A stretch of DNA of 59,493 nt. It comes from Alphaproteobacteria bacterium. Its GTDB lineage: Bacteria; Pseudomonadota; Alphaproteobacteria; Micropepsales; Micropepsaceae. The notes beneath the pieces were generated by a model. The model had not been told where the DNA came from. It did not search any database and saw only the letters and a list, made by a program, of their open reading frames with translations. Numbering within the stretch: position 1 is the stretch's first letter; each line of letters starts with the position of its first letter. Location of the stretch: the NCBI GenBank assembly GCA_027456965.1, contig DAIDUA010000034.1:1-59493 (forward strand), written 5' to 3'. The translations under genes were made by a program, and so were the position numbers. This document shows positions 47,003 through 55,734 of this stretch, in pieces.

Positions 47003-48565
47003 ATGACCAAACCCGGTGTGCCAATTCTCGAACTCGTGGGCGTCGAGAAGGTCTTCCCGAACGGGACCTGCGCGTTGCGCGGCGTCGACCTCGCCGTATG
47101 GTCGGGAAAAGTTCACGGTCTGCTGGGCGCGAACGGCGCCGGAAAATCAACACTCATCAAGGTCTTGTCGGGTGCCATTCCGGCATCTAAAGGTGCGGTG
47201 ATCTGGCGCGGAAGCCGCGTAAACTGGAGCACCCCTGCCGAGGTCAAGGCCGCGGGCATAGCAACGCTGCACCAGCACATCCCCCTGGTTCCGACACTGT
47301 CCGTGCTCGAGAATGTCTTCCTCGGCGATCATGGAATCTGGCGGTGCTCCCCCGTCGATGGCGCCCGGTTCGACCAACTGACTGCATCGATTGGTTATGA
47401 CATCGATCCTTATGCGCTGGTGGCAGATCTTTCAATCGGACAGCGCCAAATGGTGGCGATACTGCAGGCGCTCGCCGCAGGAGCCGATCTGATCGTCATG
47501 GACGAACCAACGGCCTCTCTCGCCAGCGAAGAGCGCGAAGTGGTTTATCGCGTCGTACGCCATCTGGCTGCTTCGGAAGGTAAAGCCGTTGTTTTCGTTT
47601 CGCATTTTCTGGATGAAATCATTGCGCTTACGGACGAAGTGACGATTCTGCGCGATGGGACGTCCGTGCTCCATGCCCGTACGAAGGACTTGGACGAGGA
47701 AAACATCGCGACTGCGATTGCCGGCCAGCCAGTCGTATCGCTCTCGCCCCCCGACACGCGCGTATCGGTTTTTCGCGATGAACCATTTCTGGTAGTCGAT
47801 GAACTGTCTTCTCCCGATACATTGGCCCCTTGTTCATTCAAGGTGTTCCGCGGTGAGATTGTCGGCGTCGCGGGGTTCCTCGGCTCCGGGAGAAGCGAGC
47901 TGTTGCACGCGATCTTCCGTGCAGACCCTCATGCGGCAGGCAGCGTTCGACTCTGTGGCACGCAGGTAGGAAATTCGGTTTCCGCAGCCATCCATGCCGG
48001 CATTGCGCTCGTTCCGGAAGACCGCATGAGGCAAGGCTTGGTGCCCGATTTCGAACTCTGGAAAAATATGACGCTTCCGCATCTGCAGAATGTGGCGCGA
48101 GCCGGCGTCTTTCCAGTCCGTGCGCGCGAGTTCGAGTGGGCGCAGGAAGCCGTTCGCCGACTTTCGGTTCGGACGATCAGCGTCGATATTCCTGTCAGTG
48201 AACTCTCCGGCGGCAATGCCCAGAAGATAGCCATTGCGAAATGGTTGTTCGGCGGCACTAGACTTTTCTTACTCGACGAGCCAACCGCCGGCATTGATGT
48301 CGGAGCGAGAGCCAACATTCTACAGCTTGTTCGCGAGATTGCCGCCTCGGGCTCGGCGGTCATCTTGGTGTCGTCCGACTTCGAAGAGCTTCTGTCGGTA
48401 AGCGATCGCGTCGTCGTGATGCACAAGGGACGTATCGTCGCGGAACGACATGCGCATGAGACCAGCGAGCACGAACTCATTCTGCTCTCTGGCGGCGTGA
48501 CCTCCGCGGTGCGCCACCAGCCCGCGACTTCGTGCATTCAACAGCCGACACGAGAGATACCATGA
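47003..48565 (+). CDS. Sugar ABC transporter ATP-binding protein (tandem NBD)
   Basis: Walker A GANGAGKST, LSIGQRQ, MDEPTASL, VPEDR, LSGGNAQK, LDEPTAGIDVGA. Confidence 0.95.
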   Translation: MTKPGVPILELVGVEKVFPNGTCALRGVDLAVWSGKVHGLLGANGAGKSTLIKVLSGAIPASKGAVIWRGSRVNWSTPAEVKAAGIATLHQHIPLVPTLSVLENVFLGDHGIWRCSPVDGARFDQLTASIGYDIDPYALVADLSIGQRQMVAILQALAAGADLIVMDEPTASLASEEREVVYRVVRHLAASEGKAVVFVSHFLDEIIALTDEVTILRDGTSVLHARTKDLDEENIATAIAGQPVVSLSPPDTRVSVFRDEPFLVVDELSSPDTLAPCSFKVFRGEIVGVAGFLGSGRSELLHAIFRADPHAAGSVRLCGTQVGNSVSAAIHAGIALVPEDRMRQGLVPDFELWKNMTLPHLQNVARAGVFPVRAREFEWAQEAVRRLSVRTISVDIPVSELSGGNAQKIAIAKWLFGGTRLFLLDEPTAGIDVGARANILQLVREIAASGSAVILVSSDFEELLSVSDRVVVMHKGRIVAERHAHETSEHELILLSGGVTSAVRHQPATSCIQQPTREIP

Positions 48566-49785
48566 CCACGCGAGCGGCGTTGATACGATATTTGTCGTTG
48601 CGGGAGGCGGGCGTCTACTACGCGTTTCTGCTGCTTCTTGCCGTTCTTGCCATTGCATCGGCGATGGACGGACGTCCGAACTATCTGAGCGCGACGAACC
48701 TGACCAACATTCTCGATCAGGCATCTCTTGTCGGCATCATGGGCGTTGCCATGACCGTGATCCTGATCACTGGCAATTTCGACCTTTCTGTTGCATCGGT
48801 GGCGGCGCTCGCAGCCGCCATTCTTGTGGGCACTACCGACATCATTGGGTTCTGGCCCGCCCTCGTCGCGGCGCTCGCCGCTGCCGCCTGTGTCGGCCTG
48901 CTGAACGGCATAATCGTACAATTCCTGGGCATCAACGCGTTCATTGTCACACTTGGCACATTGACCGCCATACGCGGCCTTGTACTGATCATCACGGATG
49001 GCCGCTCGCTGATGGTGCAGAACCCCGACGCGCTTATTGCAATGACCAATTTCGAAAGCGGCCGCGTCGATCTATATTGGCCGCTTCTGACCGCCGGCGT
49101 TCTTCTTGCCCTAACTAGCATAGTCGCAATATTACGGCATCGCGTCATGCGATCGCTTCCTGCCATGTGGCCTTTTGGAACGGCCGCGACCGGCATCGCG
49201 ATGGCAGGCCTCGCTCTCCTTGCAGGCCCGACGCTCAGCGTCGCCAATCCCGTGATCTATCTGTTTGCCTTTGCATTTCTTGCCTGGCTGGTATTGACCT
49301 TCACGACGGTCGGCAGACGCCTTTATGCCGTCGGAGGAAATGCTGAGGCCGCCCGCCTGTCCGGCATAAACGTCAATGCCTACAAGCTCGGCGCTTTCCT
49401 GCTCTGCAGTGTTGCCGCGGGCTTCGCGGGCGTGCTGTTTGGATGCCGGTTCGGAGCGGTGAATCCAACAGCGCTTCAAGGCGGCGAACTTACCGTTATC
49501 GCGGCAGCCATCCTCGGCGGAACATCATTGTTCGGTGGCGCTGGCAGCGTGGTCAAGACGGTGATAGGCGCGCTTCTGCTTTTCACGCTGACAAACGGAT
49601 TCAATATCCTCAACCTCGGGGCAAACTATCAGGGTGTGATCGAGGGAACCGTCATCATTGTTGCCGCAGCAATCTATACCGTGGGTGGAAAGCGCCGACA
49701 CGCAACAGGACGCAACAAGGCGAGTGGTCGGGCGACCACCGAGAAAGCCGCCATTTCCGCAACGCCTACAGAGGACGCGATCTGA
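48562..49785 (+). CDS. Sugar ABC transporter permease (RbsC type)
   Basis: ITGNFDLSV, FIVTLG, GRRLYAVGGNAEAARLSGI, EL.VIAAAILGGTSL.GG.G. Confidence 0.93.
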   Translation: MTTRAALIRYLSLREAGVYYAFLLLLAVLAIASAMDGRPNYLSATNLTNILDQASLVGIMGVAMTVILITGNFDLSVASVAALAAAILVGTTDIIGFWPALVAALAAAACVGLLNGIIVQFLGINAFIVTLGTLTAIRGLVLIITDGRSLMVQNPDALIAMTNFESGRVDLYWPLLTAGVLLALTSIVAILRHRVMRSLPAMWPFGTAATGIAMAGLALLAGPTLSVANPVIYLFAFAFLAWLVLTFTTVGRRLYAVGGNAEAARLSGINVNAYKLGAFLLCSVAAGFAGVLFGCRFGAVNPTALQGGELTVIAAAILGGTSLFGGAGSVVKTVIGALLLFTLTNGFNILNLGANYQGVIEGTVIIVAAAIYTVGGKRRHATGRNKASGRATTEKAAISATPTEDAI

Positions 49786-50582
49786 TGCTAGAAAAAGCTC
49801 TCGCGCTGGAAGACCGCCGCGCAAAATATTCCGTGCCGGCCCTGGAAAAGGCCTTGGACGTTCTGGAGTATCTCTCCGAACAAGCGATACCGATGACACA
49901 GGCACAGCTTGCACGGGCCCTTAAGCGGCAACCCGGCGAAATATTCCGCATGCTGGCATGCCTGGAAAGTCGTGGCTATCTACGCCGTGACCCGGAAACG
50001 GGCGGTTATTCGCTGACACTGAAACTCTTCGAGTTATCGCGTACGCACTCGCCTTATGAAGAACTCCTGACTGTCGCGAGGCCTCTCATGCAGCGCCTTG
50101 CAGAAGCGTTGCGCGAATCCTGCCACCTCAGCGTCCTGCACCGCGATCGCGTTCTCGTCCTGGCGCAAGCCGAGAGCCCGGCACCTTTTCGGTTATCCAT
50201 TGAAGTCGGTTCTCTGCATTCACCGCTCTCAACAACTTCGGGTCGCCTTCTGTTGGCATATTTGGGTGAAACAGCGCGTGCCGAAATATTATCCCAGCAG
50301 CCCGAATGGCGCAGAATGAAAAACACCGCACGAGCGGTGATCTTGAAGCGGCTCGATAAGATCCGCGACCGGGGGCACGAGCGCGCCGACGGAGAACGTT
50401 TCGTCGGCGGCCTCGATGTTGGCGTCCTGATTGGTTCCACCTCATCTGCCATTAAGGCGGCTCTCACGGTCGCTACACTGAAAGATCGCGATGGACCAGA
50501 CCTTGATGCCATGCTGCCTCATCTTCTCGATTGTGCGTTCACAATCAGCAAACAGGCTGGCCTGCGGCAAGAAGAGACGTGA
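49785..50582 (+). CDS. IclR family transcriptional regulator
   Basis: YSVPALEKALDVLE, EIFRML..LE.RGY, Y.LTLKL, ESCHL, SGR.LLA. Confidence 0.92.
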   Translation: MLEKALALEDRRAKYSVPALEKALDVLEYLSEQAIPMTQAQLARALKRQPGEIFRMLACLESRGYLRRDPETGGYSLTLKLFELSRTHSPYEELLTVARPLMQRLAEALRESCHLSVLHRDRVLVLAQAESPAPFRLSIEVGSLHSPLSTTSGRLLLAYLGETARAEILSQQPEWRRMKNTARAVILKRLDKIRDRGHERADGERFVGGLDVGVLIGSTSSAIKAALTVATLKDRDGPDLDAMLPHLLDCAFTISKQAGLRQEET

Positions 50583-50585
50583 GCC

Positions 50586-51779
50586 ATGACCACGCAAATT
50601 CGCATTGCTGTCCGGAAATTCAGCCCTTTCGAGTCCGCAATTCGGAAGCAATTCGCCGATTTTTCTGCAACATACCTGAACGACGTGCGTATCGAGATCG
50701 AAGCGTTGGACCTTAATCCGTTGCACGATGCGTTGTTTGCGCGAAACGGCCTTAGAGATGGTTCTTTCGATATTGCATTCCTATCGACGGACTGGATTTC
50801 ACAGGCGCAGCAGGCAAATCTTATCGAAGACCTGACGCCTTATCTCGAGCGGACGCCAATCGCAGATTTTCCGGGCGCGTGGAGCCCATCGCTTCTCAAA
50901 TTTCAGCAGTTCCGAGGCGGCTTCTGGGGCATGCCCTACCATGATGGGCCGGAATGCCTGATTTTCAGAAAGGACCTTCTGGCCGAGGCAGAACTGCCCG
51001 TTCCGACGACTTGGTCGGAATTCCATGCCGCTGCCCGTCGCCTGCATGCGCCCGAACAGGGACGATACGGAACAGTCCTCGCCCTCTTTCCGGATGGACA
51101 TAACACGCTCTATGACTTCTGCATCCATGTCTGGACCCGCGGCGGTGAGCCATTCAATGCGGATGCACATCCAAACCTGCAGACGCCACAGGCGATTGCG
51201 GCGCTTGATTTCATTCGTAACTTGGCACGCGATGAGCACGCCATGGCCCCGCATGCCCGCAATCTTGACAGCGTCAAAGCCGGGCTCATGTTCTGCGAAG
51301 GAAAGGTCGCACTGATGGCCAACTGGTTTGGTTTTGCAGCATTGGGCGAGACCTGGACGGAGAGTGCCGTTAAAGGCCTAGTCGATATCGCGCCACTTCC
51401 AGCAGGTGACGGCGGAGTCAGCGCGTCCTTGAACGTATATTGGGTACTGGCCATAGCCGCCGGTTCGAAGGAGAAGGAACTTGCATGGTCGTTCCTGCGT
51501 CACTTGGCGACAGCGCCCATGGACAAGCTGACGACAACGGAGGGCGCAATCGGCGTGCGGTATTCGACTTGGCGCGATGCCGACATCAACCGCATCATTC
51601 CTTATTATCATAAGCTCTCGGGACTCCATGAGCGGGCCCGAGAGCTACCACGCCACCCGAAGCTGGCCGACATTTCCCACGTGATCGATGATGTTCTGAA
51701 GGAGGCCGTTCTCGGCAATGTTCCGAGCGGCGTCCTTCTTGCCTCCGCTCAACGCCGGGTCGAGAGTATTATCGCGTGA
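50586..51779 (+). CDS. Family 1 solute-binding-fold protein lacking a signal peptide
   Basis: MTTQIRIAVRKF (no hydrophobic h-region); G.PYHDGP..L..RKDL, PTTW.EF...A, F..GKVAL..NW. Confidence 0.82.
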   Translation: MTTQIRIAVRKFSPFESAIRKQFADFSATYLNDVRIEIEALDLNPLHDALFARNGLRDGSFDIAFLSTDWISQAQQANLIEDLTPYLERTPIADFPGAWSPSLLKFQQFRGGFWGMPYHDGPECLIFRKDLLAEAELPVPTTWSEFHAAARRLHAPEQGRYGTVLALFPDGHNTLYDFCIHVWTRGGEPFNADAHPNLQTPQAIAALDFIRNLARDEHAMAPHARNLDSVKAGLMFCEGKVALMANWFGFAALGETWTESAVKGLVDIAPLPAGDGGVSASLNVYWVLAIAAGSKEKELAWSFLRHLATAPMDKLTTTEGAIGVRYSTWRDADINRIIPYYHKLSGLHERARELPRHPKLADISHVIDDVLKEAVLGNVPSGVLLASAQRRVESIIA

Positions 51780-52837
51780 ACCGACCTAGCGACCTTCGCC
51801 AGAGCTACCCTCTCCCATCAATCCCCAAACCGATTGTGATTATCGGCAGCGGCGGCATCGTCAAGGATGCTCATCTACCCGCTTATGCCAAAGCGAATTT
51901 TCCGGTGGCCGGCGTGTTCGACATCGACCAGACGAGAGCGGAGACGGTGGCGAAGGCGTGGGGCATTCCAAAGGTATTCCGCTGCCTTGATGAGGCTGCC
52001 GCGACGCCAGGTTGCGTCTTCGACGTAGCGGTACCTCCGGTCGACCAAGGCATCGTCCTCTCGAACCTTCCGGAGGGGGCAGCAGTGCTGATCCAAAAGC
52101 CGCTTGGACTTGATCTCGCGGAGGCTACCAAGATACGGGCCGTTTGCCGAGGCCGGCGTTTATGTGCGGCCGTCAATTTCCAACTCAGGTTTGCCCCGAT
52201 GATGCTGGCGGTTGCTGATGCCGTTGACCGCGGTCTACTGGGACGACTGATCGATATCGAGGTTCATCTCAATCTTGTGACACCCTGGCATCTCTTTCCA
52301 CATCTGAGGCCGAATCCACGCGTCGAAATCGTGTCGCATTCCATTCATTATCTCGATTTGATCCGCGGCATCGCAGGCGATCCCCATGGCGTTCTTGCGC
52401 GCACTTACAAACACCCTTCCAGCGACCTAGCGCAGACCAGGACTTCGGCCATTCTCGATTATGGAACGGACCTGCGGGTAACGCTTTCCATCAATCACCA
52501 TCATGATTTCGGACCACGCTTCCAAGACGCCTCTTTCCGCTTTGAAGGTGACAGGGGTGCCGCCATGGTCAAACTGGGTCTCCTGCTCAATTACCCTGAA
52601 GGCGAACCAGACGAACTGTGGATCGCGTCCAAAGGAGGCCCCTGGGAAAAAATAACCTTGGAAGGACGTTGGTTCCCAGATGCCTTCATCGGAACCATGG
52701 CGAACCTGCAACGCTTTTCGGCAGGTGAAGACGAGATTCTCCACACGTCTGTAGAAGACGCATGGCATACAATGGCACTCGTCGAGGCCTGCTACCAATC
52801 CAACGCCTCTGCATCGGTGCCGGTCCCAAAAAACTGA
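51776..52837 (+). CDS. Gfo/Idh/MocA family NAD(P)-dependent oxidoreductase
   Basis: IIGSGGI...AHLP.Y, QKPLG, VNFQLRF.P, HSIHYLD; GTG start overlaps the upstream stop. Confidence 0.9.
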   Translation: MNRPSDLRQSYPLPSIPKPIVIIGSGGIVKDAHLPAYAKANFPVAGVFDIDQTRAETVAKAWGIPKVFRCLDEAAATPGCVFDVAVPPVDQGIVLSNLPEGAAVLIQKPLGLDLAEATKIRAVCRGRRLCAAVNFQLRFAPMMLAVADAVDRGLLGRLIDIEVHLNLVTPWHLFPHLRPNPRVEIVSHSIHYLDLIRGIAGDPHGVLARTYKHPSSDLAQTRTSAILDYGTDLRVTLSINHHHDFGPRFQDASFRFEGDRGAAMVKLGLLLNYPEGEPDELWIASKGGPWEKITLEGRWFPDAFIGTMANLQRFSAGEDEILHTSVEDAWHTMALVEACYQSNASASVPVPKN

Positions 52838-52881
52838 TTGGCCGAATTGGCATAGGCACCCACTGAGGTTTAGGAGTGATG

Positions 52882-53613
52882 ATGGCGAATTTAACCGGGC
52901 AGACGGCGGTGGTTACGGCAGCGGCGCAAGGCATCGGACGCGCCTCTGCTATCGCCCTTGCGAAAAACGGCGCACATGTCATCGCAACCGATATCAACGA
53001 GAAGAGGTTGCTGGAACTGGAAGGCACGGCGGGGATCGAAATCCGAAAGCTCGACGTGCGTGACGATGTCGCAATCAAATCGCTCTTTGCCGGACTGCGT
53101 GGCGTCGATGTCTTGTTCAATTGTGCCGGCTACGTCCACAACGGAACGGTTTTGGATTGCACGGATGAGGAGCTGGACTTCGCTTACGATATTAACGTGA
53201 AATCCATGGTACGGACGATACGCGCAGTTCTTCCAGGAATGTTGGCACGCGGCGGCGGCGCAATCATCAATATGGCTTCGGTAGCCAGCAGCGTTACAGG
53301 CGTACCGTCACGTTTTGTTTATACAACGACCAAAGCCGCTGTCATCGGATTGACGAAATCGGTTGCTGCCGATTTCGTCAAACAGGGAATTCGCTGCAAC
53401 GCGATCTGCCCCGGTACGGTCGAAACGCCGTCCCTCCACGACCGCCTCAGGGCACAAGGGGACTATGAGAAGGCACATGCGGCATTCGTCGCCCGTCAAC
53501 CGATCGGCCGCATAGGAGAACCGGACGAAGTCGCCGATCTCGTGGTCTATCTTGCGACAGCAACATACACAACCGGTCAGATCCACGTCATTGACGGCGG
53601 ATGGTGCTTGTAA
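52882..53613 (+). CDS. SDR oxidoreductase, BDH2/2-keto-3-deoxy-L-fuconate dehydrogenase-like
   Basis: VTAAAQGIG, ATDIN, LFNCAG.VH.G..LDC, Y.TTKAAVIGLTK.VAADF, CPGTV.TPS, RQP.GR.G. Confidence 0.85.
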   Translation: MANLTGQTAVVTAAAQGIGRASAIALAKNGAHVIATDINEKRLLELEGTAGIEIRKLDVRDDVAIKSLFAGLRGVDVLFNCAGYVHNGTVLDCTDEELDFAYDINVKSMVRTIRAVLPGMLARGGGAIINMASVASSVTGVPSRFVYTTTKAAVIGLTKSVAADFVKQGIRCNAICPGTVETPSLHDRLRAQGDYEKAHAAFVARQPIGRIGEPDEVADLVVYLATATYTTGQIHVIDGGWCL

Positions 53614-53868
53614 ATAAGCGCGTGTCTTGGGTGCTTGCCGCGCGATGCGTCGGTTGCAAGCGGAATGGATATGAGCAGGTAGCTGGCCGGGCGCAACAAA
53701 CAAAGACCTGCACCGCGCGAAATTGGGGACGCAATCCGATAGAGGCGCATCCGGCGTTGTCGAGATAAGGGGCTTTGTCCACGAGTCGCTTACCGCGCAG
53801 GCAATGACCGTGGGTGTGCGTCGTGTTGGTTTCGAGCACCACGACGCCAAAGGCGCATTCGTGTAGGT

Positions 53869-54325
53869 GCGACGTCACCTTTTGTCTTCAGTGCCATGAA
53901 TGAACGCAGCGTCCTGCTGCCTACTCAAGCTCATTGCATGCAACAATAGCAAGATCGGTACCTATGCCAAGCTGGTGGACGACCGGAATGGCACGGCGTA
54001 TTCCAATGGCAACATCTTCTTCAGCACGCAATCCGCACTCGACGTCAAGATTTTGCGGGTGGCGGATGAACTCCAGACCCATTCCATGCCTGTGATCGAA
54101 CACTGCTACCGCGAGTTTTTGCGTCACAATCACGACCCTGAAGAGCGTGACTATCCCGATCCTGCTGACCAGATACGCGAGGTCCTGATCCACGGTCACT
54201 ACATGTCAGTGAAAGACATCGAGATTCGTTTGGGATACGACTTGACCGATTTCCAAGGACGTCCCGAGGTTTTTCAGATCGAAGCACTGCATAAAAAGCA
54301 GCGCGATACCTGTGGCGACGTCTAG
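53869..54325 (+). pseudogene. Probable 5'-truncated, frameshifted remnant of a hypothetical (possibly HEPN-like) gene
   Basis: One frame reads ATSPFVFSAMNERSVL and, after a +1 shift near 53917, continues LLKLIACNNSKIGTYAKLVDDRNGTAYSNGNIFFS; no RBS before ATG 53900; lower GC. Confidence 0.5.
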
Positions 54326-54446
54326 CCGGTCGGATCGCCTGCTTCCCCCAGCTGAAATTCTGACCGCAAGTGGTGCCACGGCCTGAAACGGCTCATCGCC
54401 GCCCCGACCACACCGGACGTAACCTACTATTCTATCAAAGGAAATT

Positions 54447-54522
<76 letters not shown>

Positions 54523-54536
54523 GCCGGGGGAGGCGC

Positions 54537-54565
54537 GCTATAGCAGAGGGTTTTCGCCGAGTCCA
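54537..54565 (-). promoter_or_regulatory. Sigma70-type promoter for tRNA-Lys
   Basis: Minus strand TGGACT-17 nt-TATAGC followed by a GC-rich discriminator, 14 nt before the mature tRNA. Confidence 0.6.
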
Positions 54566-54579
54566 TGCGCCCGAAAGGG

Positions 54580-55734
54580 TTAGATGATCCCCGCCGAATG
54601 ACGGGGGATTTCGACCTGACGGTGCACGTGCACGCTGAGCAGGAGCCCGAAGCCGAACATCACCGTCAGCATCGCCGTTCCGCCGTAGGAGATCAGCGGC
54701 ATGGGGATGCCCACCACGGGAATCAGCCCCATCACCATCGATGCGTTGATCATGATGTAGAAGAAAAAGTTGAGGATAATCCCGATCGCCAGAAGGCGGC
54801 CGAACTGGCTGCGCGCGCTCATCGCAATCTGCACGCCATAGCCGATCACCACGGCGAAGAGGATGAGCAGCGCAATGCAGCCGACGAAGCCGAATTCCTC
54901 GCCGTAATTCGTGAAGATGAAGTCGGTCTCCTTCTCGGGCAGGAAGTTGAGCCGGCTCTGGGTGCCCTGCAGGAACCCCTTGCCGGTGACGCCGCCCGAG
55001 CCGATGGCGATCTTGGCCTGGGTGATGTTCCACCCTGCCCCCAGCGCATCGGATTCCGGATCGAGGAAGGTCAGCACGCGGGCCTTCTGGTAATCGTGCA
55101 GTACGAACTGCCAAGCCAGGGGAATGGCGGCGGCCACGGCCGCGACCGTCGGCCCGATCCACCACCAGGACAGCCCTGCAAGGAACAGCAGCGAGACGCC
55201 ATCCGCCACCAGGATCAGCGTCGTCCCGAGGTTGGGCTGGATTGCGACCAGCGCCGCCGGCATACCGATCATGATCAGCGGAATCGCCAGACGCAGCGGC
55301 TTGGAGACATCCTCCACGCTGAGGCCGTGCAGATAGCGCGCCAGCGCCAGCACCAGGGCAATCTTCATCGGTTCGGACGGCTGAAGTTCCAGCGGGCCGA
55401 GGGTAATCCAGCGCTGCGCGCCCAGACCGACATGCCCGGCGATCTCCACCGCGACAAGAAGCAGGAGCGAAACCAAATAGGCCGGATAGGCGAAGCTCAT
55501 CCAGAAACGCACATCTACGAGCGCCACGACGATCATCAGCAGGAAACCGACGACGAAGCGTATCATCTGCTTGTCGGCCCAGGGCGAGAACGAAGCGCCA
55601 GCCACCGAATAGAGCATCGAGAAACCGATGCAGGCAATGATGGTGACCAGCAGCACCACGCCCCAATTGATCTCGTAGAGCTTGTCCACGTAGGAGAGCG
55701 TGCGCCGTGCGATGGCGTAGGGGCGCGTGATCAT
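54580..55734 (-). CDS. rodA: Rod shape-determining protein RodA
   Basis: GAQRWI.LG...QPSE..K, QP.LGT, AIGSGG..GKG, FLPE..TDFIF, PVVG.P.PL.SYGG. Confidence 0.97.
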   Translation of the reverse strand: MITRPYAIARRTLSYVDKLYEINWGVVLLVTIIACIGFSMLYSVAGASFSPWADKQMIRFVVGFLLMIVVALVDVRFWMSFAYPAYLVSLLLLVAVEIAGHVGLGAQRWITLGPLELQPSEPMKIALVLALARYLHGLSVEDVSKPLRLAIPLIMIGMPAALVAIQPNLGTTLILVADGVSLLFLAGLSWWWIGPTVAAVAAAIPLAWQFVLHDYQKARVLTFLDPESDALGAGWNITQAKIAIGSGGVTGKGFLQGTQSRLNFLPEKETDFIFTNYGEEFGFVGCIALLILFAVVIGYGVQIAMSARSQFGRLLAIGIILNFFFYIMINASMVMGLIPVVGIPMPLISYGGTAMLTVMFGFGLLLSVHVHRQVEIPRHSAGII

